Positions 1 to 10,041 of a stretch of 64,000 nucleotides of DNA are shown one piece after another (within the stretch, counting starts at the first letter, position 1; each line of letters starts with the position of its first letter). Source of the DNA: Escherichia phage UE-S5b. The notes under the pieces are model-generated. The model was not told the origin of the DNA. It saw only the letters and a program-made list of their open reading frames with translations, and made no database searches. The DNA is taken from the sequence record PP301341.1; one strand, written 5' to 3'. Both the position numbers and the translations under genes were made by a program.

Positions 1-2321
1 CCACTGGTATTCTTACCAACAAACAAGCCATTGCCCGTAAGTTTGGTGTTAAGCAGAATGAGGTTGTTTACTTTGCTGTAGGTGTAGACTTAGGGGAATA
101 CAAGGTCATTTATGATAAGACTACCCAGCGAGCTTACTCATTACCTGCAGACCTTGGTTCAGGGGTTACTGCTGTAAGCCTTAATACTGCCGGTGTGTTA
201 GTTCACTCTACTGGTAATGTTGACCTGGGTGCACTAGCTGTTTCACGAGGAGAGTTTATAACAGTCCCTGGGTCCTTCTCTTTGGGTTATGAGATTAAAG
301 TAAAGAATGAATGTCTTGAATACCAGGGTGGGTTGTATCGATGGGATGGCGCACTGCCAAAGGTTGTAGATGCTGGGTCTGTTCCTGATATTGGTACAGG
401 AAAGTGGCTGAGCGTCGGTGATGCAGCCCTGCGCAGCCAGATTTCAGACCCGGATGGTGCGTCCAGTTACCCTGAATTGCAGATGGCAAGATGGCGTGAT
501 GAGGGTGATGTTCGAGGCTGGGGTGCTAAAGGGGATGGTGTAACAGATAGTACGGAGAATATAGCTGCTTCACTAAATTCTCAAAAAGCTGTCGTAGCAT
601 CAGACGGTGTATTCTCTAGTTCTGGTATTAATAGTAATTACTGTAACTTAGACGGTAGAGGCAGTGGTGTACTAAGTCACCGTTCAAGTACAGGTAACTA
701 CTTAGTATTTAACAATCTACGCTCAGGTCGCTTAAGTAATATTACGGTAGAAAGTAATAAGGCGACCGATACCACTCAAGGGCAGCAGGTATCTCTTGCT
801 GGTGGCAGTGATGTTACTATAAGTGATGTTAATTTCTCAAACGTTAAGGGCGCTGGTTTCAGTTTAATCACATACCCTAATGATGCACCCTCTGATGGGC
901 TTATGATTAAAGGCATTCGAGGTAGCTACTCCGGCTATGCTACTAATAAGGCGGCTGGATGCATACTTGCTGATTCCTCGGTTAACTCCCTCATAAATAA
1001 CGTCATTGCTAAGAACTACCCTCAGTTCGGGGCTGTAGAACTGAAAGGTACAGCCAGTTATAACATAGTCAGCAATGTTATAGGGGCAGACTGCCAGCAT
1101 GTAACTTACAACGGTACAAAAGGGTCAATAGCTCCCTCTAACAACCTTATCAATGGGGTAGTGGCTAATAATCCTAAATATGCAGCGGTTGTTGCAGGCA
1201 AAGGTAGTACCAACTTAATCTCAGATGTGCTTGTAGATTTCTCAATCTCTGACGCTAGTCAGGCTCACGGTGTTACAGTAGAAGGCTCTGATAACGTAAT
1301 AAGCAATGTGCTTATGTCAGGATGTGATGGTACTAACTCTTTAGGGCAAGCTCAAACTGCTACAATTGCGCGCTTTATAGATACAGCTAATAACAACTAT
1401 GCGTCTGTATTTCCTAGCTACAGTGCTACAGGTGTTATTACTTTCGAATCAGGTTCTACCCGTAACTTCGTAGAGGTAAAGCATCCGGGAAGGAGAAACG
1501 ACCTTCTCAGTGCTACTGGTACTATTGAAGGTGCAGTTACTATTGACGGCACTAGTAATAGCAACGTAGTGCACGCACCTGCCTTAGGACAGTACATAGG
1601 TAGTATGTCAGGTCGGTTCGAATGGCGGATTAAGTCCATGTCACTTCCGTCAGGCGTTCTTACCTCGGCTGATAAATACAGAATGCTTGGGGATGGTGCT
1701 GTGTCATTAGCTGTAGGCGGGGGTACTTCTTCTCAAGTTCGCCTATTTACTTCTGATGGTACTTCTCGGACAGTATCACTCACCAACGGTAACGTGCGTC
1801 TTCCTACCAGTAGCACAGGTTATTTGCAGTTAGGTTCTGATGCAATGACCCCAGATAGTACTAATACATACGCATTAGGTTCCGCAAGTAGAGCATGGTC
1901 TGGCGGTTTTACTCAATCAGCATTCACTGTTGTCTCAGATGCTAGGGATAAAACAGAGCCTCTTAATATCTCAGATGCTTTACTGGATGCTTGGTCTGAA
2001 GTTGACTTTGTGCAGTTTCAGTACTTGGACAGGATTGAGGAGAAGGGTGCAGACTCAGCCAGATGGCACTTTGGTATCATCGCTCAGCGAGCTAAGGAGG
2101 CTTTCGAACGTCACGGCATAGATGCACATCGCTATGGCTTCCTGTGCTTCGACAGTTGGGATGATGTATACGAGGAAGATGCCAATGGCTCTCGTAAACT
2201 GATTACACCAGCAGGTTCCCGCTACGGTATTCGTTACGAGGAAGTACTGATATTAGAGGCTGCGTTGATGCGGCGTACTATTAAGCGTATGCAGGAAGCA
2301 TTAGCTGTTATGTCTAAGTGA
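1..2321 (+). CDS. tail fibre/tailspike protein, 5'-truncated at window edge, with C-terminal intramolecular chaperone (peptidase S74-like) domain
   Basis: Frame 3 is open from position 3 with no stop, so the ORF-track GTG start at 195 is not the real start. Ser/Thr/Gly/Asn-rich repetitive beta-rich body typical of fibre/spike proteins. C-terminal SDARDK motif (1935-1952) followed by about 125 aa resembles autoproteolytic chaperone domains of T5 pb1 and K1F endosialidase. Confidence 0.7.
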   Translation, partial: TGILTNKQAIARKFGVKQNEVVYFAVGVDLGEYKVIYDKTTQRAYSLPADLGSGVTAVSLNTAGVLVHSTGNVDLGALAVSRGEFITVPGSFSLGYEIKVKNECLEYQGGLYRWDGALPKVVDAGSVPDIGTGKWLSVGDAALRSQISDPDGASSYPELQMARWRDEGDVRGWGAKGDGVTDSTENIAASLNSQKAVVASDGVFSSSGINSNYCNLDGRGSGVLSHRSSTGNYLVFNNLRSGRLSNITVESNKATDTTQGQQVSLAGGSDVTISDVNFSNVKGAGFSLITYPNDAPSDGLMIKGIRGSYSGYATNKAAGCILADSSVNSLINNVIAKNYPQFGAVELKGTASYNIVSNVIGADCQHVTYNGTKGSIAPSNNLINGVVANNPKYAAVVAGKGSTNLISDVLVDFSISDASQAHGVTVEGSDNVISNVLMSGCDGTNSLGQAQTATIARFIDTANNNYASVFPSYSATGVITFESGSTRNFVEVKHPGRRNDLLSATGTIEGAVTIDGTSNSNVVHAPALGQYIGSMSGRFEWRIKSMSLPSGVLTSADKYRMLGDGAVSLAVGGGTSSQVRLFTSDGTSRTVSLTNGNVRLPTSSTGYLQLGSDAMTPDSTNTYALGSASRAWSGGFTQSAFTVVSDARDKTEPLNISDALLDAWSEVDFVQFQYLDRIEEKGADSARWHFGIIAQRAKEAFERHGIDAHRYGFLCFDSWDDVYEEDANGSRKLITPAGSRYGIRYEEVLILEAALMRRTIKRMQEALAVMSK

Positions 2322-2400
2322 GTAATACTGGTACGGTTAGATCAGTAGAGTTGGTTAACAGTAGCCTACGTACTACCAGGCTATTACTTATCTAGGTATA

Positions 2401-2430
2401 AAACCCCGCTCAGGCGGGGTTTGTTTTTAT
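2401..2430. terminator. bidirectional rho-independent terminator
   Basis: Hairpin ACCCCGC-TCAG-GCGGGGT preceded by an A-run and followed by TTTGTTTTTAT; sits between the end of the + tail fibre gene and the end of the - gene 2447-3073. Confidence 0.6.
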
Positions 2431-2446
2431 CTATTAATAATATTTC

Positions 2447-3073
2447 TTATATAGAGTTTACTGTTTGCATTGCCCTAATTGATACTGCTGTTAGGGTAAT
2501 TACTTGTCCTGAGATATTAAACATACCTAACTGAATACCGTCTACCATGAAAGGGTCAGTTGAACCAAGTGTGTAAGTAGCCAGTACGTTATCTCTGTTA
2601 GCAATGTCTGTACCCTGTACTTTAACACTAGCATCTGAACCTACTATCGTAATTCCATTGGTTCGTCTTGTTTGTGTTCTCCATTCCCTTGCTGTACCTG
2701 CACCACCTGCAATAATTCCTGATATACGAACACTGAACATTACCTGGGTATTCCTGGTTCTAATGGGGAACTTAAGATTTCCTTCTTCAATTGTTAGTGC
2801 TGCTGTACCTCCAGGTGATTTAGTTATCCCTGGTAATGAAAAGTAATTGAACCAGGATTGGTCATTTACTGCCTGGCTCCCGGTCCATGTATACAAGTCC
2901 AGAAGNAATGTGTCTTCTAACTCTGTTGGTGGGAAAGGTAGTAGTTCTGGGGGGATCTCTGAGATGTTATTAGCAGAAACTATTCGTTCCCCATAACTTC
3001 CCACGACCAACAATCCCCCCTTCATTTTGCACACAACATCCNTACCACTTTGGAAAATATCTTTAATAGACAT
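2447..3073 (-). CDS. hypothetical beta-rich protein (possible tail/adsorption accessory), antisense to the late operon
   Basis: ORF 2447-3100; ATG at 3073 preceded by GAGGT (5 nt spacer), whereas the track start at 3100 is GTG. Contains two N-derived X residues. Confidence 0.45.
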   Translation of the reverse strand: MSIKDIFQSGXDVVCKMKGGLLVVGSYGERIVSANNISEIPPELLPFPPTELEDTXLLDLYTWTGSQAVNDQSWFNYFSLPGITKSPGGTAALTIEEGNLKFPIRTRNTQVMFSVRISGIIAGGAGTAREWRTQTRRTNGITIVGSDASVKVQGTDIANRDNVLATYTLGSTDPFMVDGIQLGMFNISGQVITLTAVSIRAMQTVNSI

Positions 3074-3197
3074 AGTTACCTCGCAGTTGATACCAGACAC
3101 TATGTCTGGATGTATCCCATCATACTAAGTATTATCTAAGAGTCATCTTATGATACGACCCTATTGGGGTTCTTAACTTTACAACTACGGTAATATT

Positions 3198-3527
3198 ATG
3201 AATGAATCGGGCGAACTGCTTCTAGTCAGACTGGAGGAACGATTGAAGACTCTGTTTGAGAATCAGACGAGAGACAGACAGGACCGTGAGAAACTGGAGG
3301 AAACTCTGGGAGAATTACGGGATTCAATCAATGACATAGGCAATAGACTAAAAAATGTGGAGGATAGCTTAGCTAAGAATGAACCTACTATTGAAGAGTT
3401 CATCACCATTAAGCATAAAGTTGTTGGTGCTGGAATTTTTGGTAAGTGGGTATGGGCTGGAGCAGGTGCAATTATTGGTGTATTGGCTGCTGCAAGACGG
3501 GAGATATTCGCATGGTTCGCAGGCTAA
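3198..3527 (+). CDS. coiled-coil protein with C-terminal glycine-zipper transmembrane helix (possible lysis regulator/holin-like)
   Basis: N-terminal charged heptad-rich 75 aa, C-terminal VVGAGIFGKWVWAGAGAIIGVLAAA hydrophobic helix; immediately upstream of the lysis genes. Confidence 0.5.
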   Translation: MNESGELLLVRLEERLKTLFENQTRDRQDREKLEETLGELRDSINDIGNRLKNVEDSLAKNEPTIEEFITIKHKVVGAGIFGKWVWAGAGAIIGVLAAARREIFAWFAG

Positions 3528-3772
3528 AAAGAAAAGTAGAGTTAGTACCTAACTGGAAAAGNTGNTGGAANTGGGCATCCATTCANATTAGTACNNTTGG
3601 TTTANTTCTATTNTCNGCTNTAGATATNATCCAACCAATGGTGACAGGATTACCTCGTCACATCTTGGAAGATATTCCCCATGGTTCCAATATTGCAATC
3701 GCACTGTTTGCCTTAAACATCATAGGCAGATTAATACGATTCCGACCAAAGGAAGATTCACATGAAAGCTAA
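3512..3772 (+). CDS. putative small holin (two predicted TM segments); sequence contains multiple N
   Basis: ATG at 3512 preceded by GGGAGA; basic N-terminus MVRRLKRK then two hydrophobic stretches (second is SNIAIALFALNIIGRLI); overlaps the endolysin start by 11 nt. Ambiguous bases at 3540-3630 make the frame uncertain. Confidence 0.35.
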   Translation: MVRRLKRKVELVPNWKXXWXWASIXISXXGLXLXXAXDXIQPMVTGLPRHILEDIPHGSNIAIALFALNIIGRLIRFRPKEDSHES

Positions 3773-4397
3773 ACAGAAACTTGCTGCAAAAGGTGGTGCA
3801 GTGGGAGGGGTTATCGCTGCTATTCTGGGGGCAGTGTTCTATATGGAAGGAGGTTATGTAAACAATCCTCGTGACCCAGGTGGGGAAACTAATCATGGTA
3901 TTACCCAATCAGTAGCTAAGACTCATAAAGAAGTTCTGGCTACTGAGTANGGTTGGGATGGTTCTATGAAGGGTTTATCTAAAGAGATGGCTGCTGAGAT
4001 ATACATTGATGACTATGTACTTAAACCTAACTTCGTAGCCTTCGCTGATATATCTCCTGCTGTAACGCATAAGCTAGTAGATGCTGGTGTTAATACTGGT
4101 GTAACCCGTCCTGCTAAGTGGTTGCAGATGTCTCTTAATGAAATGTCACGTAATGGCAAAGACTACCCTAAAATACAGGTTGATGGTAAAGTCGGTACAA
4201 GTACTGTTAATGCATATAAAGCATTACAGAAAAAACGGGGCAAAGTTGCAGCATGTCAGGTAATGATTAAGCTGCTTGATGCTAAACAACTGAACCACTA
4301 TACCTCATTAAACATGCCAGACTTTACGTATGGTTGGGTAGCTAACCGAATAGGCAATGTGCCACTGGAGGCATGTAATGAAGATGCTAATCTCTAA
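3762..4397 (+). CDS. endolysin, N-acetylmuramidase of glycoside hydrolase family 108 with C-terminal peptidoglycan-binding domain and N-terminal signal-anchor (SAR-like)
   Basis: Canonical GH108 motif EGGYVNNPRDPGGETNHGIT; N-terminal hydrophobic stretch AKGGAVGGVIAAILGAVFYM; position matches N4 gp61. Confidence 0.85.
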   Translation: MKAKQKLAAKGGAVGGVIAAILGAVFYMEGGYVNNPRDPGGETNHGITQSVAKTHKEVLATEXGWDGSMKGLSKEMAAEIYIDDYVLKPNFVAFADISPAVTHKLVDAGVNTGVTRPAKWLQMSLNEMSRNGKDYPKIQVDGKVGTSTVNAYKALQKKRGKVAACQVMIKLLDAKQLNHYTSLNMPDFTYGWVANRIGNVPLEACNEDANL

Positions 4398-4884
4398 AGG
4401 TTGGCCTTATCTTCTGGTGGTGGTCCTTGGGGCCACCATTTACTTTTGGGGCAATTCCAATGGGCAGTCTACTGTTCAAAAGAAATGGGATGCCCAAAAG
4501 GTCGAAGACCAAAAGGCAACGCAAAAATTACAGGACAAATACAATGCTCTCCAAAGAAACCATAGTTATGAAGTCGGGTTACTCACTTCCCGGTTGCAGA
4601 CGGCTGAGAGTAATTACGCAAGCGAGCTTGCTCGCGTTAGCAGTGATTACGACAGCCGGATGCAACAGTCTGAAAGACGAGCATCGGTATATAAACGTCA
4701 AGCCGAAGCCGGAACCCTTGAGTGCAGAAGTCTTGCAAGCCATGCAGCCAGACTCGACAATAGTCTTGAAGAAGGCAGACGTTTGGTTGAAGAACTCCGG
4801 GCAACTGTTAGACTCCGTGACAGCCAACTAATTGAGTTGGGTAAACAGATTCAGGCTGACCGTAAACTTTTTGAACAGGAATAA
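4378..4884 (+). CDS. i-spanin (Rz-like): N-terminal TM anchor plus periplasmic coiled coil
   Basis: ATG 4378 preceded by GGAGG; [26 protein letters not shown] helix followed by a charged coiled-coil region; directly follows the endolysin. Confidence 0.65.
   Translation: MKMLISKGWPYLLVVVLGATIYFWGNSNGQSTVQKKWDAQKVEDQKATQKLQDKYNALQRNHSYEVGLLTSRLQTAESNYASELARVSSDYDSRMQQSERRASVYKRQAEAGTLECRSLASHAARLDNSLEEGRRLVEELRATVRLRDSQLIELGKQIQADRKLFEQE
4568..4831 (+). CDS. o-spanin (Rz1-like lipoprotein) embedded in the +1 frame of the i-spanin gene
   Basis: +1 frame ORF inside 4378-4884; hydrophobic signal followed by lipobox-like ITTAGC; proline-rich short mature part; classic embedded Rz/Rz1 architecture. 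Confidence 0.55.
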   Translation: MKSGYSLPGCRRLRVITQASLLALAVITTAGCNSLKDEHRYINVKPKPEPLSAEVLQAMQPDSTIVLKKADVWLKNSGQLLDSVTAN

Positions 4885-4886
4885 CT

Positions 4887-7157
4887 ATGGAACACCAAGA
4901 CACTTTTAAGCCTTTACCAGACCCGGCTCAATCAGAGAAGTTAACGGACTGGAAGAAGGAACCAAGTATCCAATTACTGAAGGGTGATTTGGAATCTGCT
5001 AAACCTGCTCACGATGCAATCATGGCACAGATTCGTGAGTGGAATGATTTAATGGAAGTAAAGGGTAAGGCTAAACCCCCAAAGGTTAAGGGACGCTCGC
5101 AAGTCCAGCCTAGACTGGTTCGCCGTCAGGCAGAGTGGCGTTATGCTCCATTGTCTGAACCATTCCTCTCGTCTAACAAACTATTTAAGGTAACTCCGGT
5201 TACTTTTGAAGATGAGTTAGCTGCACGCCAGAATGAGCTAGTTCTTAACTACCAATTCCGTACTCAGCTTAATAAAGTAAAACTGGTAGATGATTACGTG
5301 CATAGTGTCGTAGATGACGGTACTGGTATTGCTCGTATCGGTTGGGAACGTAAGACTATTAAGATTAAAACAGAAACTCCAGTCTTCCAGTTGTATCCAA
5401 TTGAGAACCAGGAACAAGCAGATGTTCTCCAACAGGCTTTGCAGCTTCAGGCAGAGAATCCCCGTGAGTATGACGAAACAATGCCAGAAGATATCAAAGA
5501 AGCTGTTAACTACTTCAATGAAACTGGAGAAGCTACTTATGCAATTCAGACAGGGGTCACTGAAGTAGAAGTAGAAAAAGCACTGGTTAACAGACCTACC
5601 GTTGAAATGCTTAATCCTAATAACGTAGTTATTGACCCGAGCTGCAATGGTGATTTGGATAAGGCTCTGTATGCAGTCATTTCCTTTGAGACTTGCAAAG
5701 CAGACCTTATGAAAAACAAAGACCGTTATCACAACCTAGATAAAATTGACTGGGAGAGTTCCAGCCCCATTACTGACCCAGACCATGAAAGTAAAACCCC
5801 TAGCGATTTCCAGTTTAAGGATGCACTTCGTAAGAAGGTAGTTGCTTATGAGTACTGGGGATTCTACGACATCAATGATGATGGTTCACTGGAACCAATT
5901 GTTGCTACCTGGATTGGTTCTACTCTTATTCGTATGGAGAAGAACCCATTCCCAGATGGTAAGTTACCATTGGTAGTTGTTCCTTATATGCCTCGTAAAC
6001 GTGAACTCTATGGTGAAGCTGATGCTGAATTGCTAGGAGATAACCAAGCAATTCTTGGTGCAACCATGCGTGGGATGATTGACCTGTTGGGCCGAAGTGC
6101 AAATGGTCAACGTGGTTATCCTAAAGGGATGTTAGATACCCTGAACCGTCGTCGATACGATGATGGACAAGACTACGAATATAACCCAATGCAGGGCAAT
6201 CCTAGTCAGGCCATTATGGAACACAAGTTCCCTGAGTTACCCCAGTCGGCAATAGTAATGACTCAGATGCAAAACCAGGAAGCAGAAGCACTAACGGGTG
6301 TTAAAGCATTCTCGGGTGGTGTAACTGGTGAAGCTTACGGAGATGTAGCTGCTGGTATTCGTGGTGTACTAGATGCAGCATCCAAACGTGAGATGGCAAT
6401 CCTTCGTCGATTAGCTAAGGGTATGGCAGACATTGGTACTAAGATTTGTGCAATGAATGCTGTGTTCTTATCTGAGAAAGAAGTAGTACGTATTACTAAC
6501 GAGCAGTACGTAGAGATTAACCGTGAAGACCTTAAAGGTAACTTCGACATTGAGGTTGATATTAACACTGCTGAAATTGATAACCAGAAGTCCCAGGATT
6601 TGGGCTTCATGGTTCAAACACTAGGCAACACAGTTGACCAGTCTATTACGTTATCTCTTGTAGCTAAGATTGCAGAACTTAAACGTATGCCAGACCTTGC
6701 TCATGAGTTACGTACATGGCAACCACAACCAGACCCTATGGAAGAACAGCTTAAGCAATTGGCAATTCAGAAAGCACAGCTTGAGAACGAAGAGCTGCAA
6801 AGTAAGATTGCACTCAATATGGCTAAGGCTAAAGAGGCTGCTTCTAGTGGTGACCTTAAAGATCTGGATTATCTGGAACAGGAATCTGGTACTAAACATG
6901 CTCGTGACATGGAAAAACAAAAAGCACAATCTCAAGGAAACCAGAACCTTCAGATAACTAAGGCGTTGACAACACCTACTAAAGAAGGTGAAACTACCCC
7001 CAACATATCTGCTGCTGTTGGATATAACGCTTTGACTAATGGGAACTCTATACCAGAACGTGACTTAGCTGCACAACAAGACCCAGCTTATTCACTTAGT
7101 TCCCAATTCTATGACCCTAGCCAAGACCCAGCATCGGCTCTTGGCATGAACTTGTAA
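4887..7157 (+). CDS. portal protein (N4 gp59-like)
   Basis: 756 aa, position between lysis genes and capsid genes, size matches N4 portal; assigned by synteny and size rather than a specific motif. Confidence 0.75.
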   Translation: MEHQDTFKPLPDPAQSEKLTDWKKEPSIQLLKGDLESAKPAHDAIMAQIREWNDLMEVKGKAKPPKVKGRSQVQPRLVRRQAEWRYAPLSEPFLSSNKLFKVTPVTFEDELAARQNELVLNYQFRTQLNKVKLVDDYVHSVVDDGTGIARIGWERKTIKIKTETPVFQLYPIENQEQADVLQQALQLQAENPREYDETMPEDIKEAVNYFNETGEATYAIQTGVTEVEVEKALVNRPTVEMLNPNNVVIDPSCNGDLDKALYAVISFETCKADLMKNKDRYHNLDKIDWESSSPITDPDHESKTPSDFQFKDALRKKVVAYEYWGFYDINDDGSLEPIVATWIGSTLIRMEKNPFPDGKLPLVVVPYMPRKRELYGEADAELLGDNQAILGATMRGMIDLLGRSANGQRGYPKGMLDTLNRRRYDDGQDYEYNPMQGNPSQAIMEHKFPELPQSAIVMTQMQNQEAEALTGVKAFSGGVTGEAYGDVAAGIRGVLDAASKREMAILRRLAKGMADIGTKICAMNAVFLSEKEVVRITNEQYVEINREDLKGNFDIEVDINTAEIDNQKSQDLGFMVQTLGNTVDQSITLSLVAKIAELKRMPDLAHELRTWQPQPDPMEEQLKQLAIQKAQLENEELQSKIALNMAKAKEAASSGDLKDLDYLEQESGTKHARDMEKQKAQSQGNQNLQITKALTTPTKEGETTPNISAAVGYNALTNGNSIPERDLAAQQDPAYSLSSQFYDPSQDPASALGMNL

Positions 7158-7170
7158 GGCAGACCTTCAC

Positions 7171-7515
7171 ATGAGTAAAGAATCAACAATCGCAGGACTG
7201 GAACATCGACTGGAAGCTGCTAAAGGTGCAGTTGCACACGCAGAAGATGTACGTAAACTTTTGGAGTATCCACTGTTCCGTAAAGTAATTCTTCGTCAGT
7301 TCTGTGTGGAAGATTGTGCACGTTACGTGCAGGAGTCTGGTGACCCACTGCTTGAACCTAATAACCGTGCAGATGCATTGAACATGGCTCAAGCTGCTGG
7401 TCACTTACGTCGTTGGCTCGACCTCGCCATTCGTATGGGNGAAAANGAAGCTGACGTTATTCTNCAGGTAGAAGAAGAACTCGANGCAGTTCGTGCTGAA
7501 CCTGAAGANGAATAA
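7171..7515 (+). CDS. hypothetical head-assembly protein (N4 gp58-like position)
   Basis: 114 aa ORF between portal and scaffold-like gene; 3' end contains N. Confidence 0.45.
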   Translation: MSKESTIAGLEHRLEAAKGAVAHAEDVRKLLEYPLFRKVILRQFCVEDCARYVQESGDPLLEPNNRADALNMAQAAGHLRRWLDLAIRMXEXEADVIXQVEEELXAVRAEPEXE

Positions 7516-7534
7516 TTAACCGGAGATATTTCCT

Positions 7535-8755
7535 ATGACTACGGAAGCTGCAACCACAGCTTCCGACATTCTCGCAATGTCGGATGATGAGATTCTGAAT
7601 ATGGAAGCCCCAGCAGTTATCGCTGAGGAAGATACTTCCACTCAGAACAACCCAGAAACCAACGGCGTACAGACTCCTGATGAAGAAGTTGACACCTCTG
7701 CTGTTGAAGACCTACCAACCGAAGAAACCTCCCCTGAAACCGAACCAGTTGAAGAAGATGNAGCAAATTCTTTAACTTCTGATAAAGTTGATGATAAAGT
7801 TGTTGACACAGAAGTTGATAGTAACGGTAAGCCGATTACTAAAGCTGAACCTTCTACTNCTGAACCNGGCCAGGAACAGAAAGAAGAAGGCAAACAGTCT
7901 GAAGGTCTGCCTGCTGACTTCAACTATAAGGAAGGTTACGAGAAGTTGATGGCTCCTTTTAAAGCTAACGGCAAAATGATTACTCCCCGTTCACCGGAGG
8001 AGGCCATTAGCCTGATGCAGATGGGTGCTAACTATACTCGNAANATGCAAGAACTNCAGCCNTACCGTAAGGTAATGCTGATGTTACAGAACAACGGTTT
8101 AATGGATGAGGACAAACTCTCTTTCCTGATTGACCTGGATAAGAAGAATCCTGAGGCCATTAAGAAGTTGCTCAAAGACTCTGGTACAGACCCTCTGGAC
8201 TTTAACCCAGATGAGGAAATTAACTACCAGGGTGGCAATCACCGTGTTACCGACACCGAAGCAGATTTTGCAACCGAAATTGACGACTTAAAGTCTACTC
8301 AAGAAGGACAAGCTACATTAGGTGTTATTGGCTCGACATGGGATGCTGCCAGTAAAGATGCTCTTTATCAGAATCGTGGCTTACTCCATACGATTCACGA
8401 ACAGCGTGAGAATGGTATTTATGACACCATTGCTAACGAAGTGAATCGTCTTCAGATGTTAGGTCAGATTCCGGTAGGTACTCCGTTCATTCAGGCTTAT
8501 AACTACGTTGGCAACCTCCTTGCACAACAGGGAGCATTTAACCAAGTAGCTAAGCCTGAGCCGGTACAAGCAGTTAAACCAGCGGTTCAGCCGGTAGTGC
8601 GTGTAGCACAACCTAAGCAGACTCTGGCTAACAACGAGCAAGCTAAAGCAGCTTCCCTTAATCGGGCTGCTACACGCAAAGCAACACCTATTGTAAACCC
8701 ACTCGCCATGAGTGATGAAGATTTCGCTAAACTCCCAGTACCGGGTAGTCTTTAA
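7535..8755 (+). CDS. putative scaffolding protein
   Basis: 406 aa, highly acidic Glu/Asp/Thr-rich N-terminus, position immediately upstream of the major capsid gene; several N in the sequence. Confidence 0.4.
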   Translation: MTTEAATTASDILAMSDDEILNMEAPAVIAEEDTSTQNNPETNGVQTPDEEVDTSAVEDLPTEETSPETEPVEEDXANSLTSDKVDDKVVDTEVDSNGKPITKAEPSTXEXGQEQKEEGKQSEGLPADFNYKEGYEKLMAPFKANGKMITPRSPEEAISLMQMGANYTXXMQEXQXYRKVMLMLQNNGLMDEDKLSFLIDLDKKNPEAIKKLLKDSGTDPLDFNPDEEINYQGGNHRVTDTEADFATEIDDLKSTQEGQATLGVIGSTWDAASKDALYQNRGLLHTIHEQRENGIYDTIANEVNRLQMLGQIPVGTPFIQAYNYVGNLLAQQGAFNQVAKPEPVQAVKPAVQPVVRVAQPKQTLANNEQAKAASLNRAATRKATPIVNPLAMSDEDFAKLPVPGSL

Positions 8756-8771
8756 ACAGGAATAATACGAT

Positions 8772-9974
8772 ATGTTAAACTATAACGCTCCAATTGACGG
8801 TCAGAAATCTAGCATTGATGGTGCTGGTTCCGATCAGATGAATACCTTTTACTGGCTGAAGAAAGCTATTATTCAGTCTCGTAAAGACCAGTACTTCATG
8901 CCACTGGCTAACACCATTAACATGCCTAAGAACTATGGTAAGACTGTTAAGGTGTATGAGTACGTTCCACTGCTCGACGATAAGAACATTAACGACCAGG
9001 GCATTGATGCTAATGGTGCTACCATCGTTAATGGTAACCTGTATGGTTCTTCTAAAGACGTAGGTAACATCACTTCCAAACTGCCTCTGCTGACAGAGAA
9101 TGGTGGTCGTGTTAACCGTGTAGGCTTTACCCGTCTGTCTCGTGAAGGCTCCATCCATAAGTTCGGTTTCTTCTACGAATTTACCCAAGAGTCCCTGGAC
9201 TTTGATTCTGATGATCAACTGAAAGAACACCTGTCTCGCGAACTGATGAACGGTGCTGTACAGTTGACTGAAGCTGTTCTCCAGAAAGACCTGCTTGCTG
9301 CTGCTGGTACTGTATTGTATGCAGGTGCTGCTACTTCTGATGCTACCATCACCGGTGAAGGTTCTACTCCGTCTGTAGTTTCTTATAAGAACCTGATGCG
9401 TCTTGACCAGATTCTTACTGAGAACCGTACCCCGACTCAGACTACTATTATCACTGGTTCTAAACTGACTGATACCAAAGTACTTGGTGGTACTCGTGTA
9501 ATGTACGTTGGTTCTGAATTGGTTCCAGAACTGAAAGCGATGAAAGATCTGTTCGGTAACAAAGCATTCATCGAAATTCAGCACTATGCTGATGCCGGTA
9601 CTCTGATGAATGGTGAAGTTGGTTGTATCGACAAGTTCCGTATTATCCAGGTTCCTGAGATGCTGCATTGGGCAGGTGCTGGTGCTCAGGCTACTTCTAA
9701 CCCAGGCTATCGTTCTACTATGGTTGGTGGTCAGGAACACTACGACGTATTCCCGATGCTGGTAGTTGGTGATGACTCCTTCTCTACCATTGGCTTCCAG
9801 ACTGATGGTAAGTCTGTTAAGTTCTCCATCATGACTAAGATGCCTGGTAAAGAAACTGCTGACCGTAATGACCCGTATGGTGAAACTGGCTTCAGTTCTA
9901 TCAAGTGGTACTACGGTATCCTGGTTAAACGCCCAGAACGTCTGGCTATGATTAAGACTGTTGCTCCTCTGTAA
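8772..9974 (+). CDS. major capsid protein (N4 gp56-like)
   Basis: 400 aa, strongly biased high-expression codon usage, followed by a strong terminator, size and position match N4 major coat protein. Confidence 0.75.
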   Translation: MLNYNAPIDGQKSSIDGAGSDQMNTFYWLKKAIIQSRKDQYFMPLANTINMPKNYGKTVKVYEYVPLLDDKNINDQGIDANGATIVNGNLYGSSKDVGNITSKLPLLTENGGRVNRVGFTRLSREGSIHKFGFFYEFTQESLDFDSDDQLKEHLSRELMNGAVQLTEAVLQKDLLAAAGTVLYAGAATSDATITGEGSTPSVVSYKNLMRLDQILTENRTPTQTTIITGSKLTDTKVLGGTRVMYVGSELVPELKAMKDLFGNKAFIEIQHYADAGTLMNGEVGCIDKFRIIQVPEMLHWAGAGAQATSNPGYRSTMVGGQEHYDVFPMLVVGDDSFSTIGFQTDGKSVKFSIMTKMPGKETADRNDPYGETGFSSIKWYYGILVKRPERLAMIKTVAPL

Positions 9975-9990
9975 TAGTCCGAAATAAAAC

Positions 9991-10016
9991 AAGGGGGACT
10001 AATGTCCCCCTCTTAA
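9991..10016 (+). terminator. rho-independent terminator after capsid gene
   Basis: Hairpin AAGGGGGAC-TAAT-GTCCCCCTCTT directly after the stop codon. Confidence 0.6.
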
Positions 10017-10041
10017 TAAAACTGAATGAACCACAGGAAAT

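Noticed and set aside
195-197. GTG at 195 as the start of the tail fibre gene (ORF track start)
   Set aside because: The frame is open with no stop from position 3 to 195, so the gene most likely begins upstream of the window.
8775-9992. 405 aa antisense ORF covering the whole major capsid gene
   Set aside because: Mirror ORF of a strongly codon-biased gene; translation is Thr/Val/Ser-rich without stops only because of the sense-strand codon bias.
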